64,000 nucleotides of DNA from IMG/VR virus record IMGVR_UViG_3300045988_062804. One strand, given 5' to 3'. This stretch comes from a virus. Below the pieces are notes generated by a model. The model did no database searches, had not been told where the DNA came from, and saw only the letters and a list, made by a program, of their open reading frames with translations. Positions within the stretch are counted from its first letter, which is position 1, and the number at the start of each line of letters is the position of its first letter. A program made the position numbers and the translations under genes. Of this stretch, positions 16,138-24,386 are shown piece after piece.

Positions 16138-17244
16138 ATGAATGAAATCGTATTAGGCTCGTTCTTTGGTGACGAGGGTAAAGGACAAACTGTCCATAAT
16201 CTGTGTAAGACACATCCGAGAGAAGAAACAATAGTTATTCGCTTTAGTGGTGGACACCAAGTAGGACATACTGTAAGGCATGGAAAGCTTGAACACACAT
16301 TTAGTAATTATGGTAGTGGTACTTTGCTAGGGATACCAACGTACTGGTCTAGTTACTGTACAGTAGACCCTATTACTACTATGAAGGAGTTGGTTGATTT
16401 AAATAAAATGGGGGCAAACCCTGAGATTATTTATCACCCACTCTGCGAGGTTGTTACTCCCTTTGACGTTATTAGTCAATGGAATAATGAGGACAACCTT
16501 AGACATGGTACTGTAGGGACTGGTTTCAAATCTGCTCTTGATAGAGTAGCTGCTGGTTATCATATTACAGTTCGAGATTGTGCTAATATCATGGTTTTAA
16601 GAACCAAGATAGCATCACTTATCAAGAACTATTATGATTTTAGTTCCAACCTTCCAATGTACAATATTGATGAATGGTGTGTTAAAGTGTATGAGTATTT
16701 CAAGTCCGTAACTGTACATGACGAGAGTATTTTAACTCGTTATAAGTACAAGGTATTTGAAGGCTCACAAGGTATATTATTAGACCAGAGGTTTGGTATA
16801 ATGCCTTATTGCACTCCAAGCAATACCACTTGTCAAAATGCTGTGGAGATTATTAATAGGATTAGAAAAGAATCTAAGAACCACTTAGATAGAATGACGG
16901 AAGAGATAACAGACCATGTGTATGTTATCAGACCATATATCACTAGACATGGTAATGGTCCAATTCCTTCTACTAAACCTGTTAGAGAAGTAAATGACCC
17001 TAATAATAAGTTCAACGAGTTTCAAAAGACTCTTAGAGCTGTAGAGTTTGATGTGAATTTATTCCAGCACTCTTTATTAGTTGATTCTACTTTCATTCCA
17101 CACCATTACACTCACAGAAGAGTATTAGTTATTACTCATAGAGATGAAATCACATCTCAGTTTAATGATGAACTTCTATCTGGTGATTGGGAGGAACAAT
17201 TCAACAGCATACGAACATCTTATTATGACAAACTCACTGTTTGA
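16138..17244 (+). CDS. adenylosuccinate synthetase-like protein (short PurA/PurZ-type, 368 aa)
   Basis: N-terminal P-loop GDEGKGQ, SGGHQVGHT, GTVGTGFK: the PurA signature order. It is about 60 aa shorter than bacterial PurA. Confidence 0.75.
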   Translation: MNEIVLGSFFGDEGKGQTVHNLCKTHPREETIVIRFSGGHQVGHTVRHGKLEHTFSNYGSGTLLGIPTYWSSYCTVDPITTMKELVDLNKMGANPEIIYHPLCEVVTPFDVISQWNNEDNLRHGTVGTGFKSALDRVAAGYHITVRDCANIMVLRTKIASLIKNYYDFSSNLPMYNIDEWCVKVYEYFKSVTVHDESILTRYKYKVFEGSQGILLDQRFGIMPYCTPSNTTCQNAVEIINRIRKESKNHLDRMTEEITDHVYVIRPYITRHGNGPIPSTKPVREVNDPNNKFNEFQKTLRAVEFDVNLFQHSLLVDSTFIPHHYTHRRVLVITHRDEITSQFNDELLSGDWEEQFNSIRTSYYDKLTV

Positions 17245-17259
17245 CATAGTATATTATAA

Positions 17260-17354
17260 AAACGACATACAGCAAGCAATCATACTGACTTTCAAATAGT
17301 AAAACCCTCTGCTGCCCATTGCGGAGGTTAAAGAGTTGAATGGGAATGTCGTTT
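17260..17354 (+). ncRNA. ACAGCAA-box element with internal pseudoknot candidate
   Basis: AAACGACAT-ACAGCAA ... ATGTCGTTT (9 bp). Hairpin CCTCTGC-tgCCCATTg-GCGGAGG, whose loop can pair with AATGGG at 17340-17345. Confidence 0.5.
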
Positions 17355-17361
17355 GTTTTAT

Positions 17362-17433
17362 TGGGCTATAGTGTAACGGTTAGCACACAACACTTTGACT
17401 GTTGTAGTCCAGGTTCGAATCCTGGTAGCCCAA
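17362..17433 (+). tRNA. tRNA-Gln(TTG)
   Basis: Acceptor TGGGCTA/TAGCCCA (U1:A72 as in bacterial Gln), stem CAACA/TGTTG, loop CTTTGAC. Confidence 0.85.
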
Positions 17434-17448
17434 CTAGGAGATAATCTT

Positions 17449-17751
17449 ATGAAGGCAATGAAGGATAAGAAGAAATTCGGAGGATGTTCCTTAACATCTA
17501 AGAATCGTAGCTGTAAGAAATTCGGCTGGAGTTATGATAAGGAAACAAGAAGAATCTGGAGGATTGAAGCTAAACGTATGGCTCATAAAGTACTTATGCA
17601 TCTACCTATCAGTAGGGAAGAGATTCAGAAAGCGTGGAGTAATCCATATATGAACCTTTCTGAACTTGGTGTTCCTTATGTGTGGGATGGCGTAGGCTAT
17701 TATGAAAGATGGGTTGAGCAAGTGTACAAAAAATTAAATAACGTAACATGA
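17449..17751 (+). CDS. hypothetical basic W/R-rich protein
   Basis: Start moved to the ATG at 17449, because 17395 lies inside tRNA-Gln; FGWSYDKETRRIWRIEAKRMAHKVL. Confidence 0.5.
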   Translation: MKAMKDKKKFGGCSLTSKNRSCKKFGWSYDKETRRIWRIEAKRMAHKVLMHLPISREEIQKAWSNPYMNLSELGVPYVWDGVGYYERWVEQVYKKLNNVT

Positions 17752-17909
17752 TTTATGCAAGAGTAATTCTAGTGGTGCTTATTATACTAATATTAGTATA
17801 CTATGCTATGGTGGTTGCACACCTCTCTGGTATTATATACCTTACGAGTAGGAAAGTGACCTTCGCCAAACTGTGTATTCCATTTTATTATTGGGTACAT
17901 CAGGATTAA
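17748..17909 (+). CDS. small membrane protein (53 aa)
   Basis: ATGA-coupled; MIYARVILVVLIILILVYYAMVVAHLSGIIYL. Confidence 0.45.
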   Translation: MIYARVILVVLIILILVYYAMVVAHLSGIIYLTSRKVTFAKLCIPFYYWVHQD

Positions 17910-17940
17910 TGATAATGTTTTAATGTAAATAAGTAGAAAA

Positions 17941-19164
17941 ATGAATCAACCTAAAGTAAGTAAAAGTTCAATCTTTGCTATTTTGGCAGGAGTAATCGTA
18001 GTACTGTTAGTCTGCATGGCAGGTTCACTCTTTGAAGATGCTGATAAGTCTAAGAACTATGTTTGTCAGATGCCTATGTCTGGTAAATACGTTGTATGGA
18101 CAGATGGTGGTCTTCAGTGGCAAGGCTTTGGTAACAAGCACGAGTATTTCAAAACTTCTCAGATAGAGTTCGTTGACTGGAAAGAAGTCAGTGAAGGTAA
18201 TTATATTGCATCTGGTGAGAACCCAGCAGCTTCACTTACCTTTAATGATAAGGGTAAGGGATTTATTATTGGTTCTTTCCGAGTTGTTATGCCAAATGAC
18301 GATGCTAATATGAAGAAAATTCAGCAGGACTTCGGTTCAGAGAAGGCATTGATAGCAAACTTAATTAAACCTACTCTATACAAGGTTGTAACATCTTGTG
18401 GTCCTCTGATGTCATCATTGGAATCTGTATCTGAAACAAGAACTGACCTTATTGCTTACATCACTGACCAGCTTAATAACGGAGTATACAAAACTGTTGT
18501 AGTTCGTGATTCTGTTACTAATGAAATTACTGGTGAGAAGGAATTGAGAGCTAAGGCACAGATTGTTGCTGATGCTAACTCTCCAAGTGGTTATAAACGT
18601 CAAGAAACATCACCGTTCAGTCAGTATGGTATTACCTGTGGATTGGTATCTATTTTGGATATTAAATATGATGGAGCTACTCAATCTCAGATTGATGCCC
18701 AAAAGCAAGCTAACTTAGCCGTAATAACTTCTAAGACTAAATCTTTGGAAGCAATTCAAAGAACTGTTCAGATTACTGAAGAGGGTAGAGCAGCAGCTGA
18801 GAGAGCTAAATGGGAACAAGAGAAAGAGAAGGCTGTAGCAGTTACTAAGGCTCAGCAAGAGTTTGAAGTAGCTGAACTAGAAGCTAAGAAAGCAAAGCAA
18901 GTTGCTTTGAAGGTTCAAGCTGAAGGTGAAGCTAAGGCAGCAGCTAATAGAGCATTAGTATCAGCAGGTTTAACTCCAGCTGAAAGAGCTGAGTGGGATT
19001 ATAAGACAGCTGTAGGAGTTGCACAAGCTCTAGCAGAATCTAAAGTGTCTTGGGTTCCATCTGTGATGTTTGGAGGAGGCAGTTCAAGTAATTCAGCTAT
19101 GGATGCTGTAGGCTTGAAGATGTTACTGGATATTACTAAGTCTTTGGAAAAGACAAGTAAATAA
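17941..19164 (+). CDS. SPFH/band-7 (flotillin/HflK-like) membrane protein
   Basis: N-terminal TM helix, central globular part, and an Ala/Glu/Lys-rich coiled coil (AQQEFEVAELEAKKAKQVALKVQAEGEAKAAANRA). Confidence 0.55.
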   Translation: MNQPKVSKSSIFAILAGVIVVLLVCMAGSLFEDADKSKNYVCQMPMSGKYVVWTDGGLQWQGFGNKHEYFKTSQIEFVDWKEVSEGNYIASGENPAASLTFNDKGKGFIIGSFRVVMPNDDANMKKIQQDFGSEKALIANLIKPTLYKVVTSCGPLMSSLESVSETRTDLIAYITDQLNNGVYKTVVVRDSVTNEITGEKELRAKAQIVADANSPSGYKRQETSPFSQYGITCGLVSILDIKYDGATQSQIDAQKQANLAVITSKTKSLEAIQRTVQITEEGRAAAERAKWEQEKEKAVAVTKAQQEFEVAELEAKKAKQVALKVQAEGEAKAAANRALVSAGLTPAERAEWDYKTAVGVAQALAESKVSWVPSVMFGGGSSSNSAMDAVGLKMLLDITKSLEKTSK

Positions 19165-19170
19165 AAACAT

Positions 19171-19277
19171 AAATACGCAATGAGGAGGGCAGGTGTGTAG
19201 AGTTCTACAACATACTGAGGGTTTGGAGTCTGAGACGGTAAGAACAAACTGGGTAAAGACTAAGTAATTGCGTATTT
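19171..19277 (+). ncRNA. helix-closed structured RNA upstream of the split tRNA
   Basis: AAATACGCAAT (19171-19181) pairs with ATTGCGTATTT (19267-19277), 11 bp. Confidence 0.4.
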
Positions 19278-19321
19278 ACGGACCTATAGCTCAGCCAGGT
19301 CAGAGCAGCTAATTATGAGTC

Positions 19322-20015
19322 AGATAGGGACGTATCCCCTCAAGCTTATACCTTGTAGAAAGGGTAGTCGGTCGCACGTGGGTTCAAGCCCCACCGTCCC
19401 TACAACTTCTGGATTGAATTTTTAGTTTTGCACCAAAACATTTGGTATTATGATTATTTTCATATATATTTGTATATGAATTACAATGATTATAATACAC
19501 AGAAGTTAAGAGGTTTAAAGCGCAAATTAGAGCTAGTAAAATCTCGTGGTGGTAAATGTGAACTATGCGGCTATGATAGAAACATAGCTGTTCTAGAATT
19601 TCACCATATCAATCCAGATGAGAAAGAGTTTCAGTTAGATATGAGACATTTATCTAATACAAGTCTAGAAAGGCTTAAAGAGGAAGCAGATAAATGTCAA
19701 CTTCTATGCGCTAATTGTCATAGAGAAGTACATAACCCTCACTTGGGAATGGACGAAGTTGAAGATTTAGTTAATACTGAAGCTAAAGATAAGACGTCTT
19801 TTGAAAATATGACTGGGTCTGTATGCCCAGTATGCGGCAAAAGATTTCCTAAATCTAAGGGTAAGATATACTGTTCTAAGGAATGCAGAGATGCTGATAA
19901 ACATTATCCTTCTCTAGAAGAAGTAAATGAGCAGTACGAAATACTTAAGAATTGGGAGAAAGTTGCTCAGCATTTTGGATTAACTCGCAGAGTTATTCAA
20001 GGAATAAGAAAGAAA
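19322..20015 (+). mobile_element. intron-like or mobile insertion carrying a tRNA-like minihelix and an HNH endonuclease gene
   Basis: Bounded by the 10-bp inverted repeat above; contains 19326-19402 and ORF 19476..20024. Confidence 0.4.
19326..19402 (+). ncRNA. tRNA-like element inside the insertion (acceptor + T-arm canonical, rest atypical)
   Basis: AGGGACG ... GTGGG-TTCAAGC-CCCAC-CGTCCCT-A. No clear D-arm; 8-nt loop TGTAGAAA on stem TACCT/GGGTA. Confidence 0.4.
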
Positions 20016-20024
20016 GACTCATAA
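19476..20024 (+). CDS. HNH homing-type endonuclease
   Basis: GGKCELCGY...LEFHHINP...DKCQLLCANCHREVH; paralogue of 9415..9951. Start set to the ATG at 19476. Confidence 0.8.
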   Translation: MNYNDYNTQKLRGLKRKLELVKSRGGKCELCGYDRNIAVLEFHHINPDEKEFQLDMRHLSNTSLERLKEEADKCQLLCANCHREVHNPHLGMDEVEDLVNTEAKDKTSFENMTGSVCPVCGKRFPKSKGKIYCSKECRDADKHYPSLEEVNEQYEILKNWEKVAQHFGLTRRVIQGIRKKDS

Positions 20025-20080
20025 TCAGGAGGTCGGGGGTTCAAAGCCCTCTAGGTCCACTTCTTTAAAAACTATCGCTT

Positions 20081-20455
20081 ATGAAACATTTATTACTAAT
20101 ACTAATGTTTATTCCTTTAGCTTTATATGGTCAACATAATGTTACGGCAACGTATTATCATGCAGGACCAAAACATGGTTTATCATGGATTACGGCTAGT
20201 GGAAATAGAATTAGTGTTAAGAAACTAAATGCTGGTAAGTTAAGATGGGTGGCGCTATCACATAACTTATTAAAGCATTATGATTATGGAGATACTATTA
20301 TAGTAGTATCTAATAACCCTAAGCTTAGAGGTAAATGGGTAGTAATGGACAAGATGCACAAGAGACACTATAATAAGATAGATTTCTTGACTCCATCTGG
20401 AAAGAATTTAGGAATGTTAAAACCAACTAAAGTGAAGATAAGAAAGAAGAAGTAA
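20081..20455 (+). CDS. secreted RlpA/3D-domain (double-psi beta-barrel) protein, lytic-transglycosylase-like
   Basis: Signal peptide MKHLLLILMFIPLALYGQ, then ATYYHAGPKHGLSWITASGNRI...GDTIIVVS...GKWVVMDKM. Confidence 0.5.
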   Translation: MKHLLLILMFIPLALYGQHNVTATYYHAGPKHGLSWITASGNRISVKKLNAGKLRWVALSHNLLKHYDYGDTIIVVSNNPKLRGKWVVMDKMHKRHYNKIDFLTPSGKNLGMLKPTKVKIRKKK

Positions 20456-20460
20456 GTTAT

Positions 20461-20542
20461 GCCTCAGTGGTGGAATGGTAGACACGCATGTCTTAGGAAC
20501 ATGTGGGCTTAGCCCGTGTCGGTTCGAGTCCGACCTGGGGTA
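20461..20542 (+). tRNA. tRNA-Leu(TAG)
   Basis: Acceptor GCCTCAG/CTGGGGT, stem CATGT/ACATG, loop CTTAGGA, long variable arm. Confidence 0.85.
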
Positions 20543-20568
20543 CAAAACATTATTAAATAACAGGAAGT

Positions 20569-20940
20569 ATGAAAGAGATTAAAGATTTTATTCAAGAACT
20601 ATGTGAGTGTGCTAAGCCAAGTATTAATGGTAGCATAGTTACATTAGAAGAAGCTACTAGAATTGTAGCAGAAGCGTTTACTGCTGGCATGAACTTTCAA
20701 GACCATGAGATAAAGAGTAAACACAAGTTCAGACACTTTGAAAAGGAAGACATTGATAAGGTAGCTGGATTTAAGTTCATTCCCAATCCTGCCAACGGAG
20801 GTGATGATGATTATATCATTGCTGATATGGTATTTAAGGAATATACATACGGAGAACATGGTGAAGAGCCATTCTGTGATGTTAATGCCTTAAATAGGGA
20901 CTTTGGGGAACTAAGGTTGAAAGAACTTATAAGACTGTAA
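20569..20940 (+). CDS. hypothetical protein (123 aa)
   Basis: ORF; no motif recognised. Confidence 0.55.
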   Translation: MKEIKDFIQELCECAKPSINGSIVTLEEATRIVAEAFTAGMNFQDHEIKSKHKFRHFEKEDIDKVAGFKFIPNPANGGDDDYIIADMVFKEYTYGEHGEEPFCDVNALNRDFGELRLKELIRL

Positions 20941-20945
20941 GAAAT

Positions 20946-21102
20946 AAATCCACCACTCAAGTTGGTATGAGGTGAGAAATTGCTTAGAGACTGTTGATGT
21001 CTATTAGACGTAGTAGACTATAGTACAGTTGCGGTTAAAAATTGACAGCACTACCAATCCTGTCAGGCGGATTTCAGAACGTAGTTAACGCTACGTTCTT
21101 TT
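20946..21102 (+). ncRNA. helix-closed structured RNA with its own terminator
   Basis: AAATCCACC (20946-20954) pairs with GGCGGATTT (21066-21074). Then AGAACGTAG-ttaacg-CTACGTTCT-TTT (21076-21102). Confidence 0.45.
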
Positions 21103-21104
21103 AA

Positions 21105-21179
21105 GGCGACATAGCTCATTTTGGTTAGAGCGTGGGAGTCATAACCCCAAGGTGGTTGGTTCGAATCCAACTGTCGCCA
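21105..21179 (+). tRNA. tRNA-Met/Ile2(CAT)
   Basis: Acceptor GGCGACA/TGTCGCC, stem TGGGA/CCCCA (A31:C39 mismatch), loop GTCATAA, T-arm GTTGG-TTCGAAT-CCAAC. Confidence 0.75.
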
Positions 21180-21200
21180 CTATACCTTAATTTTATATGT

Positions 21201-22433
21201 ATGAGTGACAAAGGCTTATTATTTAAGAAGAGAAAGAATAATCATGGAAGACATCATAAATGCAGTAGTGGAAGTGGTTTCCCCAGACATAGCATGAACC
21301 ACTATCCTGGTACTCATTTAGGAATGAAGCTAAGATATTCTAAACCATCTGTAGGGCGTCTTTATTGTGAATGGGGTCCAAATCGTGGTTATCTAAGAAC
21401 AAATAGAATAACTGGTTTTATTAATAAGTTCATAGGAAAACCTTATAATGATTTGGTTAAAGCATTCTACGCTCTTATTAAAGACCTAAGAGATAGCCAT
21501 AAAGAGGTAGGACTTAGTGACCTTGAATGGCACTTCGAACAGTTTAGATATAGAAGATGGAGAGGTGATTATTATGTTGATGATGATGGATTAGTTCAAA
21601 TAGTCCACCCAGAATCGGTGAGAAAGCAAACTAGTCATATTAATAAGCAACAAGTAGCATACAATAAGAAGGTTAAGATTCCAGACTTTGGTAGAGTGTC
21701 TCTTCCAAGAACTCCTAGCAGAGAAACTAATAACAGGTATTGTCTTCCAGAATATGGCAGTGTAAGTTATGAGAAACCTCAATATGATGCTCCTAGATTC
21801 TTAGGCAATTACTGGTGTGATATGGATGGTAAGATGCTATTCTTACCTGTATATCATGTTCCAGGTACTAATATGTATGCTAAGTATTGGACTGATACAC
21901 ATAACATTCGTAAGCCTAAAGAGTATAAAGAGGGTTATTACTACAGTAGCTACCCACAGAGATGGGATAGGAAAGGGTATTGTGATAGATTCAGTGATAT
22001 GTTTAGACCTGGAGATTCTGCATTTAAGTGGGCGCAAGGTGTAGAAAATGGGTGGGTTGTTCCAATCATCCCATTTAGCAAGAGGTCTGAGTGGTATGGT
22101 CTTAGATATGCTATGTATAAAAGAATGTATCACAGCAAACTAGTACTAATGCCAAATACTAAGGAACTGACTAGTGTGAGAGAATTAGTTCAGAGATGCA
22201 GGGAACACCTATCTCAATGCGAAGACCCTGAAAACTGGTGGTATGGTAAGGCTGAAAGATGTCAGAAAGAACTTGACGAAGCCTTAGAGAAACTTAGGAA
22301 GACACCTAACATGGCTTACTTTGAAGTGGGATATGGTCAGCTGTATCCTATGGTCAAAAGATACGATTATGAAAAAGCATTAAGAATCTATGAGCAGGAG
22401 CAGAAAGAAACCAGTATGGAAGGACAAGAGTAA
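21201..22433 (+). CDS. hypothetical protein (410 aa, basic, W/Y-rich)
   Basis: Start moved to the ATG at 21201 (21132 lies inside the tRNA); no motif recognised. Confidence 0.6.
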   Translation: MSDKGLLFKKRKNNHGRHHKCSSGSGFPRHSMNHYPGTHLGMKLRYSKPSVGRLYCEWGPNRGYLRTNRITGFINKFIGKPYNDLVKAFYALIKDLRDSHKEVGLSDLEWHFEQFRYRRWRGDYYVDDDGLVQIVHPESVRKQTSHINKQQVAYNKKVKIPDFGRVSLPRTPSRETNNRYCLPEYGSVSYEKPQYDAPRFLGNYWCDMDGKMLFLPVYHVPGTNMYAKYWTDTHNIRKPKEYKEGYYYSSYPQRWDRKGYCDRFSDMFRPGDSAFKWAQGVENGWVVPIIPFSKRSEWYGLRYAMYKRMYHSKLVLMPNTKELTSVRELVQRCREHLSQCEDPENWWYGKAERCQKELDEALEKLRKTPNMAYFEVGYGQLYPMVKRYDYEKALRIYEQEQKETSMEGQE

Positions 22434-22644
22434 CCATGTTTGGTACAACAGAATTGTCCGCAGAGTGCAGAGAATGCAAGTTAAGCAGATAGCAAGTCTT
22501 AATGATATTTTAGAATACGAAATCTCACAACCTAATGAATTAATAAATGATTGGGATGTCTGTGATTGGAAGTTTGATTATAGAAATCCACGATGGAGAG
22601 ATAATCATACTCCAGAAGAGTTAAAGAGGTTTTGTTGTAAATAA
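22390..22644 (+). CDS. hypothetical basic W/R-rich protein (84 aa)
   Basis: PVWKDKSNHVWYNRIVRRVQRMQVKQ; overlaps the upstream gene by 44 nt. Confidence 0.45.
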   Translation: MSRSRKKPVWKDKSNHVWYNRIVRRVQRMQVKQIASLNDILEYEISQPNELINDWDVCDWKFDYRNPRWRDNHTPEELKRFCCK

Positions 22645-22804
22645 TATATTCCCAATCTTAGTCAAAGGAATTGAAATATTAGGCTAGGCGATGACAACTA
22701 AGTAGAGTTGAGCGTATGTAATAAGACGTGTTCCGAAGTACAAGGAATGGGGTGGGCGCAGAATACCTCTTTAGACTATCTTGTATAGTCAATCACTGCT
22801 TCAT

Positions 22805-22890
22805 GGCTCGATGGCGAAATTGGTAGACGCCCCAGATTTAAGCTCTGGTGTCCAGAAATGGGCGTGTGGGTTCGAATCCCACTCAGGCTA
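22805..22890 (+). tRNA. tRNA-Leu(TAA)
   Basis: D-arm TG-GCG-AAATTGGTAGAC-GC, stem CCAGA/TCTGG, loop TTTAAGC, long variable arm. Acceptor GGCTCGA/TCAGGCT (one C:A mismatch). Confidence 0.8.
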
Positions 22891-22929
22891 CACCCTTGAA
22901 TTTACTCTTAATCCTTAAATATAACTGAT

Positions 22930-23160
22930 ATGAATATCTTTGGTAACACAGCAGCAGGATTTAGTAAGGAAGTAGACAACGCAATGTCTGCATTTAAGAG
23001 TACTATTACAAAGCTTAAAGCTACAGCTGAGAAAGCAGTAGCAACTAAAGCTGAGAAGCAAGATGAAATTAAGAAGCTGGAATCTGAATGTTCAGCTCTT
23101 GATGGAGTATCTACTAAGGCTAATAACTTGGCTGCCAAGTTGGAAGCATTATTTGAATAA
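22930..23160 (+). CDS. hypothetical protein (76 aa, coiled coil)
   Basis: ORF; Ala/Lys/Glu-rich. Confidence 0.5.
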   Translation: MNIFGNTAAGFSKEVDNAMSAFKSTITKLKATAEKAVATKAEKQDEIKKLESECSALDGVSTKANNLAAKLEALFE

Positions 23161-23162
23161 TC

Positions 23163-23564
23163 ATGAAAGTTGAGAATATAATTGACCACCCAATAGACTT
23201 CACCACCATTGAGGGATGCAAATCCTTTACTGAATGGGTTAACGGAGATATATCTAATGCCTTCTATTTAGGTTTCCTAAGAGAAGAATTTAGTGAATAC
23301 GTTCCCAAGATGAATGAATGTGAAGAGGGTATTCAATTCCTAAAGAGTATGGCTACAGCAAACACTAATGCTAAGAAATACTTAAAGGAACTCGCTAGAT
23401 TGATGGAACCTTACTTGCAAAGTAAAGATGGATTTGTAATTCTAGATATGATTAACGACGTACTAGGGAGAGTATCCTTAGAGAAGAAAGATGATATTTA
23501 CGGAGTTGCCTTTGTATTAGGCATTTACACCGACTATCTATTTACTACGCAAGCTGAGGCATGA
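23163..23564 (+). CDS. hypothetical protein (133 aa)
   Basis: ORF 3 nt after the upstream stop. Confidence 0.55.
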   Translation: MKVENIIDHPIDFTTIEGCKSFTEWVNGDISNAFYLGFLREEFSEYVPKMNECEEGIQFLKSMATANTNAKKYLKELARLMEPYLQSKDGFVILDMINDVLGRVSLEKKDDIYGVAFVLGIYTDYLFTTQAEA

Positions 23565-23971
23565 GTTCTTATACTGTTTATACTGACGGTGCATATTCCA
23601 ATACCAGAAATCAAGGTGGCATAGGGTTTGTCATTTTGAAAGAAGGTAAAGAAGTTGCTAGATATAGTAAAATGTATAAGAATACTACAAACCAAAGAAT
23701 GGAACAGATGGCAGCAATAGTTGCCCTTGAATCTATTACTACACCTTCAGAAGTTACCATAGTTTCTGATTCTCAGTATGTGGTCTGCACATATACTAAG
23801 AATTGGAAGAGAAAGGCGAATCTGGATTTGTGGAAGAGATTTGATGCAGCAATCGCATTCCATACTAAGGTTGACTTCAGTTGGACTAAGGGTCACGCTG
23901 AAGACAAATATAACAAGATTTGTGATAAGCTAGCACAAGGAGCTAGTAAGACTATAGAGATTACTAATTAA
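23561..23971 (+). CDS. rnhA: ribonuclease H (RNase HI type)
   Basis: YTDGAY ... TNQRMEQMAAIVALE ... IVSDSQYV ... KGHAED..NKICDKLA (DEDD catalytic pattern). Confidence 0.8.
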   Translation: MSSYTVYTDGAYSNTRNQGGIGFVILKEGKEVARYSKMYKNTTNQRMEQMAAIVALESITTPSEVTIVSDSQYVVCTYTKNWKRKANLDLWKRFDAAIAFHTKVDFSWTKGHAEDKYNKICDKLAQGASKTIEITN

Positions 23972-23991
23972 TAATTTGTAAATTCTTCTAT

Positions 23992-24123
23992 ATGAAATAC
24001 AAGAAAATGGTAGCTAACTTAGAAGCAGCTAAGAGATGGTGGGATGCCCAACCTGAATCATTCAAGAAGGCAACTACACGTCCTGGCTCTGTCAAATGCA
24101 AATCTGTTAATAGAGGTAAATAA
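23992..24123 (+). CDS. possible small basic protein (43 aa)
   Basis: ATG ORF MKYKKMVANLEAAKRWWDAQPESFKKATTRPG... Confidence 0.3.
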   Translation: MKYKKMVANLEAAKRWWDAQPESFKKATTRPGSVKCKSVNRGK

Positions 24124-24270
24124 TACCGATTCGTTAAGGGAAGTGGGAAGACGGTAACCCTTACTCAGCATCTATGCTGAAACCCACCACGAGAGGTATC
24201 GGTGACTCTCATGCCCATGTATAACTACACTGGGTTTCGGGGCAGGAGGTACTTGATTGCTACCCTGCCC
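24124..24270 (+). ncRNA. structured RNA (nested hairpins plus pseudoknot candidate) upstream of tRNA-Lys(CTT)
   Basis: TACCGAT/ATCGGTG closing helix. Inner helices AAGGG/CCCTT and CAGCAT/ATGCTG; GTGGG (24143-24147) can pair with CCCAC (24183-24187). Then GGGCAGG...CCTGCCC. Confidence 0.4.
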
Positions 24271-24277
24271 TGCGTAT

Positions 24278-24349
24278 GACCCTATAGCTTAGTTGGTAGA
24301 GCTGCGGACTCTTAATCCGTAGACCAGGGTTCGAATCCCTGTGGGGTCA
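24278..24349 (+). tRNA. tRNA-Lys(CTT)
   Basis: Acceptor GACCCTA/TGGGGTC, stem GCGGA/TCCGT, loop CTCTTAA. Confidence 0.85.
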
Positions 24350-24386
24350 CAATAAAGTTAAAGTAATAAAAAGAAGTAATCCATGT

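Larger units (their letters stand above)
19280..20059 (+). tRNA. tRNA gene split by a ~700-nt insertion (CAU-type anticodon-loop sequence at the 3' junction)
   Basis: 5' part: GGACCTA-TA-GCTC-AGCCAGGTCA-GAGC-A-GCTAA (19280-19312). 3' part: CTCATAA-TCAGG-aggtc-GGGGG-TTCAAAG-CCCTC-TAGGTCC-A (20018-20059). Acceptor strands match 7/7. ATTATGAGTC (19312-19321) pairs with GACTCATAAT (20016-20025). Confidence 0.55.
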
